A stretch of DNA of 64,000 nucleotides. It comes from a virus. The notes beneath the pieces are model-generated. The model was not told where the DNA came from and did not search any database. It saw nothing but the letters and a program-made list of their open reading frames with translations. The stretch lies in the IMG/VR virus record IMGVR_UViG_3300005663_001084, positions 88,929 through 152,928 of that record; one strand, given 5' to 3'. The position numbers and the translations under genes are program-made. The stretch's first letter is position 1; each line of letters begins with the position of its first letter. Positions 36,332 through 44,623 of this stretch are shown here, in pieces.

Positions 36332-37382
36332 TGAGGATGTCCAGGACCGTAGCGCCCACAGATTCAGGCTGGAAGAATTGAGGCCCTTGCAGGAAGCCGG
36401 GCTCCCTACGCCGAGGCGCGTACAAGTCACGCATCGAGTCGGCGTACAGGAACGTGAGGTATGGGACCTTCTGGCTGTCGTCCACCTTGGCCCCATAGTC
36501 GATGTAGAACTCCTGCGGAGCCCCTGGGGATCGTGGCGGCAGGTAGCGGGAGTACCGTTCCTGGAGCGCCTTCAACTGGTGGTCGGGAATATCGCGCTGC
36601 GGCACCTGCAAGCCGTGGCCTGTGCTGCGAACCCAGCCGCGCGCGAATGCCCACTCGTCGCGCCAGTAGATCTTGAAGCCGCCCTGCGAACGCTCCCGGA
36701 TCAGGCTGTAGTCGCCGGGCGGCAGCCCTGCTTCGATCCACTCCTCGGGCTCCGGCATGACCTTCCATCGATGCCGCGCTTCCCGGATGCGGTGGAAGAT
36801 CCGCTTGGCCTGGGGCGTGGTGACGTACTTCTCCAGATACCACCACAGGACCGCGTTGTCGTGGCCCAGGTAATCGGCCTGAATCCACTCATTCTCGGGC
36901 GTCAGCCACCCATAGACAGGCTGGATGTCGTCCCGGTCTGCTTCGCTCAGATCCTTGTTCCACGACGCGGAGACGCGGTAGGTCTTGCCCTGCCGGTTGT
37001 TCGCCCGGATGCCGTAGCCCGCCTTCATCAGGATCTCGGCGGCCTTCTTGGCCTCTTCCTCGGTGCCGAACTCGAAGTCCGGGCCGTCTGCCGAGGACTT
37101 GACCTGGGGCTCCAGGCCCGCGCCGGTCAACTGGGTGTGCATGGTGTCGAGTTCGGGAGTGCGCTCTTCGGCCTCGTGCAGGCCGAGACGTGAGCGCGTA
37201 CGAGAGATCGCGTCGAGGACGTCCCGCTGCTTAAACGGCTGAGCGAACTTGCGTCCGGCCAGCCGTTTGATTTCCTGATCCGTGATGTCGCCGCCGCTGG
37301 CGGTGAGCCACTTCGAGATCTGGTCTTCCAGGCCTTTCAGTGATCCCGCGCCTACGCGGCCGACGATGGCCGCTTCAAGCAT
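36324..37382 (-). CDS. hypothetical protein
   Basis: 352 aa ORF. Confidence 0.45.
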   Translation of the reverse strand: MLEAAIVGRVGAGSLKGLEDQISKWLTASGGDITDQEIKRLAGRKFAQPFKQRDVLDAISRTRSRLGLHEAEERTPELDTMHTQLTGAGLEPQVKSSADGPDFEFGTEEEAKKAAEILMKAGYGIRANNRQGKTYRVSASWNKDLSEADRDDIQPVYGWLTPENEWIQADYLGHDNAVLWWYLEKYVTTPQAKRIFHRIREARHRWKVMPEPEEWIEAGLPPGDYSLIRERSQGGFKIYWRDEWAFARGWVRSTGHGLQVPQRDIPDHQLKALQERYSRYLPPRSPGAPQEFYIDYGAKVDDSQKVPYLTFLYADSMRDLYAPRRREPGFLQGPQFFQPESVGATVLDILNG

Positions 37383-37383
37383 G

Positions 37384-38022
37384 TCAGCTTCCGGAGTTGA
37401 CCGGGCTCTTGGGGTCAGCCGACAAGACGAGATGGCGGCTGTTGAGCCGGTTCATAATCGCCTCTTCGACAAGTTCGATACCGAGGACCGCCGTGCGGCT
37501 CTTGATGGTTTCGAGTGCGTCCTTGGCCTTCTTCGCACTGGCGGTCTTGTTATCTGGGTCCTTGGCGAGCCGTCCGAGGGCGGTAGCCTCGGAGAGCACA
37601 ATCGCGTCGTCTATGATATCCCTGATCGCGGTCTCCTTCGCAGCGTCAAGCTCGATACCCGCCTTCTTTGCCTTCGCACGCAAATACGGCATCCCGTGAC
37701 GTACCCCAGCAGCACCCGCGAGAGCGAGCAGAATCCCAATAAGCAGCGTGAGTCCCGGGTACAGATAATCCTGCTTCCAGTCGCCGGTCTTCGGAGCTTT
37801 GAGGATCTCTTTGATACCTTCGGCCGCCTTGCTGCCTGCATCCTTCAACTCGTCTTTCGTGACGACAGGTGCCTTCTCTTCGGCGGACTTCTCAACCGGT
37901 GCCGAAGCCTCGGCCGGGGCGGTCACAGCAGGCTGGTCGGGGGCAGGTGCTTCTTGAGCGTACAACGGCACCGGGCAGGCGAATGCCGCCACCAGGGCCA
38001 AGGTCATCAAGATCTTACGCAT
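37384..38022 (-). CDS. secreted/membrane protein with signal peptide and one transmembrane helix
   Basis: Start set at MRKILMTLALVAAFACPVPLYAQE (GGAG SD); later GLTLLIGILLALAGAAGV. Confidence 0.5.
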   Translation of the reverse strand: MRKILMTLALVAAFACPVPLYAQEAPAPDQPAVTAPAEASAPVEKSAEEKAPVVTKDELKDAGSKAAEGIKEILKAPKTGDWKQDYLYPGLTLLIGILLALAGAAGVRHGMPYLRAKAKKAGIELDAAKETAIRDIIDDAIVLSEATALGRLAKDPDNKTASAKKAKDALETIKSRTAVLGIELVEEAIMNRLNSRHLVLSADPKSPVNSGS

Positions 38023-38032
38023 GGTACTTCTC

Positions 38033-38392
38033 CTATTCGTGTAGCAGTTGCTTGACGGTTTCTGCCGGGGTCTCCGTGGACTCCCGAACGTATACGCAGA
38101 TCTTCTCGGCACCCCCGAGGTCGACGTTGAAACCTGGGTGGCCGTACAGAATGTTCCGCACCTCGGTGAGCGAGGTCTCATCGCCCAGCTTGGAGAGCAG
38201 GTACTTCTGCGGCTCAGCATTCCCGGAATCGAGTTCGACCAGGACCTTGCGGTTCCCCGCCTGGAGGATCACGCTGGTCTCGTCCTGGTTGACGATGTTA
38301 TAGCCGTAGGCCAGCAAGGCGTTGGCAAGCGGCGCGAACGACTGACTGGTGTCCTTGAGGCGTGCCTCGGCGAGTGCGCGGCTGACTTTCAT
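38033..38392 (-). CDS. hypothetical protein
   Basis: 119 aa ORF. Confidence 0.4.
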   Translation of the reverse strand: MKVSRALAEARLKDTSQSFAPLANALLAYGYNIVNQDETSVILQAGNRKVLVELDSGNAEPQKYLLSKLGDETSLTEVRNILYGHPGFNVDLGGAEKICVYVRESTETPAETVKQLLHE

Positions 38393-38393
38393 A

Positions 38394-38957
38394 TTAGACC
38401 TCCGCCGTGACCGTTGGCCGTGGCTTTGCGCCGTAACCCGCGCGCTTCAGTTCCGATGCGATGTTGTTGATCCAGAACGGCAGCGCCCGCAGGGACGCGT
38501 CCAGGTGTTTGCAGATCGTGCCGCGCAAGCGGGGATTCCGGATGCCTGGGAAACGCTTCTCGTTCCCGCCGCTGGTGTCTAGCTGAGTGAGCACGTAGTT
38601 GTAACCCCAGTACTGGAACGCCGGGCAGTCGCAGTGGACCTTCAGATCGCCTGAGACTGCTAGGTTGACCTTCTGCGGCAGTGTGAGTCCTTCCGACTCC
38701 AGGGCTTCCGGCAGGTCCTGGAGGACAATCGTCTGGTTCCAGCGGTACCGGCCCTGCCCCGTTTCTGACGGAGTCGTGAACATAATCCGGTCGAACTCGG
38801 TGCCCTCGTACTTCGTCCCGCCCAGCTTGCGGATTGCCGCCGCGTGCTGAGCGTGGTGGATGAAGTCCGGATCGACGCCCCGGAGGATGGACTGGTAAGT
38901 CTCCTCGTTAAGCGCCGCTCTCAGGGCACGTTCGACTGATCCACGTAGAGCATTCAT
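38394..38957 (-). CDS. SWIM-type zinc-finger protein
   Basis: HCDCPAFQYWGYNY...GTICKH fits the CxC-x(n)-CxH motif. Confidence 0.4.
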   Translation of the reverse strand: MNALRGSVERALRAALNEETYQSILRGVDPDFIHHAQHAAAIRKLGGTKYEGTEFDRIMFTTPSETGQGRYRWNQTIVLQDLPEALESEGLTLPQKVNLAVSGDLKVHCDCPAFQYWGYNYVLTQLDTSGGNEKRFPGIRNPRLRGTICKHLDASLRALPFWINNIASELKRAGYGAKPRPTVTAEV

Positions 38958-39520
38958 ACACGTTGGCCGCTGGCGCTCCTCTCGGGTGCCTGGGAGGGAC
39001 GCGCAGCGGGCTGCTGCTGCTGCTGCTGCTGCTGCGGTGGCTGAGCCTGTGGCTGAGCGACGCGCTTGCGATACTCCAACTTCCCGGTCGACCTGCCCGA
39101 GCGCGGGTTCTTGCCCTTCTTCAGGTGACCCTTCTTGAACATGGCGCGGATCTGGCCCGGGTGGCCGGTCACCGTTCCCGGCTTGCGTCCCGGCCCCTCG
39201 TCGAGATTCTCGTCGAAGCGGATCTCGTTGCCCGCAATGGCGGCCTCGATAGCCCGGTTGTTGACGTGGTAGTGCTTGCTGTTGTCCTTCGCACAGGAAA
39301 ACACCATCCAGCCGGACGCCACGTCGCTGACCACGTAGTCGCCCGCCGGGAGCGTCTCCTCGGTATCGTAGTCCCTGAGGACGCCGTCCCGCGTGACGAT
39401 CAGCGAGTCACCCTTGTTGAGGCCCTCAACCATGGGCTGGCCGCCTAGCATCAGCAAGACCGCGTCCGGGGCGTCCACGCCTTCGTTGTACAGGAGGGCG
39501 CGTTGTTTGGCTGTCAGCAT
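38954..39520 (-). CDS. hypothetical protein with polyglutamine tract
   Basis: QPQAQPPQQQQQQQQPAARP encoded by a (CAG)8-9 tract. Confidence 0.45.
   Translation of the reverse strand: MLTAKQRALLYNEGVDAPDAVLLMLGGQPMVEGLNKGDSLIVTRDGVLRDYDTEETLPAGDYVVSDVASGWMVFSCAKDNSKHYHVNNRAIEAAIAGNEIRFDENLDEGPGRKPGTVTGHPGQIRAMFKKGHLKKGKNPRSGRSTGKLEYRKRVAQPQAQPPQQQQQQQQPAARPSQAPERSASGQRV
39010..39036 (-). repeat. (CAG)8-9 trinucleotide repeat encoding polyQ
   Basis: GCTGCTG... x9 on the plus strand inside 38954..39520. Confidence 0.8.
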
Positions 39521-39583
39521 GTGGTGTCTCCCGAAGAGATTACGGGCATTATGCCGTACCGGGCAGCAAAGTGCAAGAAGGAC

Positions 39584-39838
39584 CTAAGTCTTGCCAGACG
39601 CAGGCTGTGGGACCCTTTCCGCCTGGGGCGGCGTGACGCGCATCTTCTCGAACGCGTCCGCGTAGATCTTCAGGTTGCCCCGGCAGGCCTCGTTTTCCTG
39701 CTCAAGCTCCTTGATCCGGGGCCTGAGCATGGCCCTGAAGTAGATCGCCACCAGGATGGCGATAGCCAGACAGGTCAGGAATCCCGCCACGTACGCGAAG
39801 CCCAGGACGCCCCAGGTGATCTCGATTTCTGCCAACAT
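39584..39838 (-). CDS. small single-pass membrane protein
   Basis: Start set at MLAEIEITWGVLGFAYVAGFLTCLAIAILVAIYF with GGAG SD. Confidence 0.45.
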   Translation of the reverse strand: MLAEIEITWGVLGFAYVAGFLTCLAIAILVAIYFRAMLRPRIKELEQENEACRGNLKIYADAFEKMRVTPPQAERVPQPASGKT

Positions 39839-39849
39839 GGTAGTGTCTC

Positions 39850-40986
39850 CTACTTTGTGGCTTCCACTACGGCAGACAGATTCCGCCGCGTGTGGTACCG
39901 ACTGTTGTCCGGAAGCTGGCCCGTCTCTGAGAAACCGGCCTCCCGGCAAAGATGACTGATCGATTCGTAGTCGTACCCGTACTGGTGGCCATACTCACCC
40001 ATGCCCACGAGGTTGTCCATGAACTTGTCCGCCAGTGTCGGACCCTTCCAGATCGGGTTCTCCGATGGCTCGTAACGCTGGTCCCACCACTCCTCATCGC
40101 CCGCCAAATACTTCTCGGCCGCGAGTCGCAGATCCGGGATCGAGGCCACCAGCTTTGCGCCCGGCTTGAGGACCCGGCAGATCGACTTGACCACCTTGAG
40201 CCCGTCCACCCGAGGGATGTGCTCCAGCATGTGCTGGCAGACCGCGAAGTCCACGGAGTTGTCTCCGAACGGGAGACCGTCCTTCACGACATCGCGCAGG
40301 ATGTACCTACTGCGATTCCGCGTCACACCTGAAGCGGGCCAGATATCCAGTCCAGTGAATCCCTCATAGCGGCTGCCCCGGCCACCGCATCCTACGTCGA
40401 TCATCAGATCCATGCTCATGTCCTGGATGCGAGCAAACCCCATGGACTGCACGATTCCTGCCTCCACGGTTCGCTTGTGCGGAATGACGAAGTTATGCCA
40501 CGCAGACCACACGTCCTCAAAGACTGAGCGGCAGTCGTGAGCCGCGATCATCCCCCCAGACGCGACTTTGGGAAGCCACGCTTGGAAGTCCTTCAGCGGG
40601 TTGCCTCTCTCGTGGTTACCGTCGATGAAGATCAACGCGGCGGACTTCACCTTGGCAACTGCGTCTACGGACGGAAGTCGGTGAACAGTAAAGTCTTTGC
40701 CGCGCTCCAGGCCGCAGGCGTCCATGTTGTCCAGAAAATCGTTGAAGACCTCATAGCCACTTTGCTCACCAAAGGGCTTGGACCCGTCGATCCAAGGATC
40801 GACGCAGATCAGATGACGGCCCAATTCCTGACACACGACACCGAACTGAGACGCCGAACGTCCCTTGTAGCAACCAACCTCGACGACAGGGCCGTCAACA
40901 CGAAGGCGGCGGACCCAGGCTTCCAACTGGGTCATCTGGGGCTCGGCCATGTGCCCAGGAACATCTTCGGGTTTCAGCGTGGCCAT
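39850..40986 (-). CDS. bifunctional class I SAM methyltransferase (TylF-like O-MT domain plus Methyltransf_11-like domain)
   Basis: PVVEVGCYKGRSA (motif I, macrocin-O-MT-like) and MIDVGCGGRGSRYEGFTGLD...VDFAVCQHMLEHI. Confidence 0.6.
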   Translation of the reverse strand: MATLKPEDVPGHMAEPQMTQLEAWVRRLRVDGPVVEVGCYKGRSASQFGVVCQELGRHLICVDPWIDGSKPFGEQSGYEVFNDFLDNMDACGLERGKDFTVHRLPSVDAVAKVKSAALIFIDGNHERGNPLKDFQAWLPKVASGGMIAAHDCRSVFEDVWSAWHNFVIPHKRTVEAGIVQSMGFARIQDMSMDLMIDVGCGGRGSRYEGFTGLDIWPASGVTRNRSRYILRDVVKDGLPFGDNSVDFAVCQHMLEHIPRVDGLKVVKSICRVLKPGAKLVASIPDLRLAAEKYLAGDEEWWDQRYEPSENPIWKGPTLADKFMDNLVGMGEYGHQYGYDYESISHLCREAGFSETGQLPDNSRYHTRRNLSAVVEATK

Positions 40987-41657
40987 AGATTTAGTGCCTC
41001 ATACAGTCGAGTCAGTCGAGGTAAACTGGCGATTAGATCCTTGATGTAGCGAATTGTATCTGGGTGCCAGTGGTCGGGTCCAGGCAGTTGTCGCCGGTCA
41101 CGAGTTGCGTTCCGATCAATGTCCCAGTTGATACGGCCCACATCGATTTCCACACCGAGGTGCTTTGCGAGCTTCTGTAGTCCTTCAGGAGTCGTGTATT
41201 CTGTGAAACTCCAGTGCGTGAACTGTAATCCCAACTGGTGCGCCAAAGAGACCGACGCCTCCAAGTCACCAAAAAGCGCAGCAGCGCAGCGACGTAATTG
41301 GGAGTTCAACAGGAACTCACGTGTACTCCGCAGCGACTCTTTCGGACACCCGGAACGCAGGCAGTCCAGCGGGTTACGCCATACAAAGTTCCATTGAGGA
41401 TGAACGGCCTCATCAATCTCCCGCATAAACCCACGTGCAGAGTTGTTAGACATGCCCACGACAGGTGCGTCAAGCTGTACCCAACCCTGAAACCCTTGTG
41501 GCCAGAAGCACTCTATCGGTGTGTTGTCACCTCGACCAGGACTCCAGGTGAATGGCTCGTGGACGACAATGGCGTTCTCACCCTGATTGAGCATATTTGC
41601 CAGGAACATCGTTCCTGATCGACCCGCCCCAGTTAGTACAAAATATCGCTTGTTCAT
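40974..41657 (-). CDS. sulfotransferase family protein
   Basis: Start set at MNKRYFVLTGAGRSGTMFLANML (P-loop-like PAPS-binding motif). Confidence 0.5.
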   Translation of the reverse strand: MNKRYFVLTGAGRSGTMFLANMLNQGENAIVVHEPFTWSPGRGDNTPIECFWPQGFQGWVQLDAPVVGMSNNSARGFMREIDEAVHPQWNFVWRNPLDCLRSGCPKESLRSTREFLLNSQLRRCAAALFGDLEASVSLAHQLGLQFTHWSFTEYTTPEGLQKLAKHLGVEIDVGRINWDIDRNATRDRRQLPGPDHWHPDTIRYIKDLIASLPRLTRLYEALNLWPR

Positions 41658-42358
41658 GCTTCGGGATTTTCCATGACAAAAAGACACGAGGTGAACGGGG
41701 GCTTGTGCGGTTTGTGGCAGAAGTCGGCCCCGTCCAAACTGAAATCGTAGGGCTCCACGAGTTTGCACCCGCTCGGAACAATAAGACGCTCGAACAGCGC
41801 CGTCTCGTCGTAGATCCTGCTTCCCGGCCTGCCTCCGAGGCGATGACCGATCTCCGTTCCGATGATGACCTTCCCGCCGGGCTTGCAAATTCGGCCCATT
41901 TCACGGGCTGCTTCGATATCCCCGTTTCCGATGATGTGCTCGATGGCCGAGAGCGAGATTACCACATCGAAACGTCCGTTCGGATAGCTGAGGTTCTGCA
42001 TATCCTGAATTTCGCAGGTAAGCCGCTCCGGGAACTCGGCCATCTTCTCCCACGTGGCGCGCCACGTGTCCAGGCCTCCAAGATCCCAGCCCATAAAGTT
42101 GTCACTGACGACAGCCATGCTCGCGACCGAGGTCAGATAGGACATCAGAAAAGAACCGCGCGCTCCGAGTTCGCAGACAGACAGGCCAGTGAAGTCGACC
42201 TGAGCCAGAAGCAGCGCACAGTCGTACCATCGTCCGGCCGTGGGGTGTCCGCAGTCTTCGGTCGCCCACTTCCTGTACTCTTTGCAGAGTCGATCCACCT
42301 GGGGATGTTCGGCCCGCGTCTGCGCCATGCGAAAAGACTGGTTGAGCGTTGTCGTCAT
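41654..42358 (-). CDS. class I SAM-dependent methyltransferase
   Basis: VCELGARGS motif I; FDVVISLSAIEHI. Confidence 0.55.
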   Translation of the reverse strand: MTTTLNQSFRMAQTRAEHPQVDRLCKEYRKWATEDCGHPTAGRWYDCALLLAQVDFTGLSVCELGARGSFLMSYLTSVASMAVVSDNFMGWDLGGLDTWRATWEKMAEFPERLTCEIQDMQNLSYPNGRFDVVISLSAIEHIIGNGDIEAAREMGRICKPGGKVIIGTEIGHRLGGRPGSRIYDETALFERLIVPSGCKLVEPYDFSLDGADFCHKPHKPPFTSCLFVMENPEA

Positions 42359-43026
42359 GCTCCGTCGTTCCGGACCTCTCTACCCTTCCGGGCGCAATAC
42401 ACCTGATGGTACATGTTTGGCTCGACAAACCTCGGGTCCCACTGCGGAACTTCACGATACCACTCAAGCCGGAATTCAGCCCGGCGCAACAGGTAGATCA
42501 CCGTAGACGGGTCTGCACAGAACAGGTGTGTCTTGAAGAAACCGAATCGTCTCATACCCCTTCCCGCGATGCCGTCGCGTTCGGGCATGACGATGACGAC
42601 CCATCCGTCGGGCTTCAGGACCCGGAAGAACGTACGCAAGGCGATATACGGAGCCGGGCTGTGCTCCAGGATGTGGCTGGCGAAGACCCCGTCCAGACTG
42701 CTATCCTCGAAAGTCTCCAGCTTGTGCATCTCGTCCAACACGGCGTGGACACCATGCTCAGCAGCGTGATCAACGTCTTCCTGGCAGATCGACACGCCCG
42801 TGACATTCTTGTAGATCTTACCCAACTCTCGCGTCGAGTACCCTCCCGCAATGCCGATATCGACGACCGATTCGCCGTCGCGAGGGAGGAAGCTGTGAAT
42901 CAGGTCCTTGGCCGCCAACACCGTGTCCGTACGGCCGCGCGCCTTGATGCCATCGAATTTCTCGATGTTGTCGTGGTTGGTCTGGACAGTGTGGTCCAGG
43001 TAGGGATCGAGATCCAGACTCGGCAT
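42355..43026 (-). CDS. class I SAM-dependent methyltransferase
   Basis: VVDIGIAGGYSTREL; LDGVFASHILEH. Confidence 0.55.
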   Translation of the reverse strand: MPSLDLDPYLDHTVQTNHDNIEKFDGIKARGRTDTVLAAKDLIHSFLPRDGESVVDIGIAGGYSTRELGKIYKNVTGVSICQEDVDHAAEHGVHAVLDEMHKLETFEDSSLDGVFASHILEHSPAPYIALRTFFRVLKPDGWVVIVMPERDGIAGRGMRRFGFFKTHLFCADPSTVIYLLRRAEFRLEWYREVPQWDPRFVEPNMYHQVYCARKGREVRNDGA

Positions 43027-44025
43027 TTACCTTATCCTCTTCACCAGGGTGTGGAGCGTGCGCGCGAACTCGATGTTGGAGAACTTCGCGGTCACATACA
43101 AGGCGGCCTGGAGCGCAATCGCCTTGCGCTTCTCCGGATTCTCTAGGTAAAATCGAACTTTCTCAACCAGTTCGTCGAGAGAGGACCATACGTCGAGGTG
43201 CTCTCCCGGCGTGAAGTCTAGCTCGATGCCGTTCACTTTGTCGCAGAGCATGAAGCCACCCGACCCGAGGCAATGGATCAAACGCTCGTTGTAGTAGCGC
43301 AACCCGTCCGGCCGAACGTGACTGTTCAGGTTGATGGCACAAGTTCTGTAGAACAGGGTATTCGAGTCTGGGTGCACGAAGCCCCCGTAATGCGCCTTGT
43401 CAAATGCGATGCCTTTGCGCCCCCACCCCCCGGATTTCTGATCCCAGTGGCCGAACGCCATGAAGTCGAAACCTTCGCGAATGAGCCGATCCGCGATGGT
43501 TGGCCGGTCCGCGTACATCTTCGGAAACTCGCTCATTCGGTACGCATTTCCGGCCATAAAACTGACATCACACGCCCATGCGGGATCGTACGTCATCAGA
43601 TCATAGGCTCCAGCTTTTACGTTGACCGGAGGGTAGGCCAGAGCCGCCGGTTGCCCTTCTTTCTCGTACCGGTCTACCGAGTCCTGGCAGCAGGTCAGCG
43701 TAGCGCTACACGCCCTGCGTACAGGAGACCCAGCCTCCTCGTAGTTCGGATCGTCCACGGTCCAGTAAACCGTCGGAACCTGGGTTGTCACCCACTGAAC
43801 GATATTGAGCGGCATCTCTCTCTTGGGGTTCCAAAAAAGAACAGCGTCGTAACACGAAGGCTTTGAGTCGCGGACAAGATCGAATACCTGATCATGGTCA
43901 TGTGTGTTCTGGAAGACCCGTCGAGGGAGGCACGACTCGACCTCGTCGCCGAACAGTTCCAGACCGTGAACAGCAGACTTGAGACTCTGCGCCACACGAT
44001 TTCCGCCTATTGTGAGAATCTTCAT
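43027..44025 (-). CDS. glycosyltransferase, CgeB-like (GT1-like C-terminal domain)
   Basis: Start set at MKILTIGG with GGAGG SD; C-terminal RFYLENPEKRKAIALQAALYVTAKFS. Confidence 0.5.
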   Translation of the reverse strand: MKILTIGGNRVAQSLKSAVHGLELFGDEVESCLPRRVFQNTHDHDQVFDLVRDSKPSCYDAVLFWNPKREMPLNIVQWVTTQVPTVYWTVDDPNYEEAGSPVRRACSATLTCCQDSVDRYEKEGQPAALAYPPVNVKAGAYDLMTYDPAWACDVSFMAGNAYRMSEFPKMYADRPTIADRLIREGFDFMAFGHWDQKSGGWGRKGIAFDKAHYGGFVHPDSNTLFYRTCAINLNSHVRPDGLRYYNERLIHCLGSGGFMLCDKVNGIELDFTPGEHLDVWSSLDELVEKVRFYLENPEKRKAIALQAALYVTAKFSNIEFARTLHTLVKRIR

Positions 44026-44041
44026 CCACCCTCCAAACAGA

Positions 44042-44623
44042 TCAGACCAGTTCGATTTTGATGTAGGTGCCGCGCTCGGCACCCTTCTCCATATCTTTGG
44101 CCAGGACCTGCTTCTGGTCGTAGTCTCGTTCAAGCCACTGCTTCGTGTCGTCTTTGATCCAGCCCAGCCGGACCAGGATGTCGACGAGTCCCTTGGCGCT
44201 CCCCGCTGCGAGATTCTCCTCGTCGACCAGAAGCTGCCGGTGCGACACCAGCGTGAGCTTGACCCGCTGCTCAACGCGCCGCACGGACCCGAAAGATTCC
44301 TTCTCCAGTGCCCGGTAGGCTGCCCCCTTGTCACGAACCCGCAGATGAGGCGACTGGTGGTAGCGGTTGACCGACCGGCAGTGGAAGTCCAGGAAGGTCT
44401 CCAGCGGATACTCCCCTGGCTTCAGGTCCTTGTTCTCCGGGTACCGAAACTCCTTGCTCCGTACGTTGGACGTCTTCTTTTTCTTCGCTGGCTTCGGTTC
44501 GGCGAGCTTCTTTTTGCCCTTGTCGCACCGGGGACAATCACTGTCCTTGATCTTCTCCAGGTTGATCTTGACCGCCCCGCCGCAGCGCGAGCAGGTTCCA
44601 TCCACATACTTACCCAGAGGCAT
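44042..44623 (-). CDS. rusA: RusA-like Holliday junction resolvase with N-terminal zinc ribbon
   Basis: CSRCGG...CPRC; SVNRYHQSPHLRVRDKGAAYRA and LVDEENLAAGSAKGLVDILVRLGWIKDD can be aligned to RusA motifs (NRYY...AYR; DLDNL...DAL..G.W.DD). Confidence 0.6.
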   Translation of the reverse strand: MPLGKYVDGTCSRCGGAVKINLEKIKDSDCPRCDKGKKKLAEPKPAKKKKTSNVRSKEFRYPENKDLKPGEYPLETFLDFHCRSVNRYHQSPHLRVRDKGAAYRALEKESFGSVRRVEQRVKLTLVSHRQLLVDEENLAAGSAKGLVDILVRLGWIKDDTKQWLERDYDQKQVLAKDMEKGAERGTYIKIELV

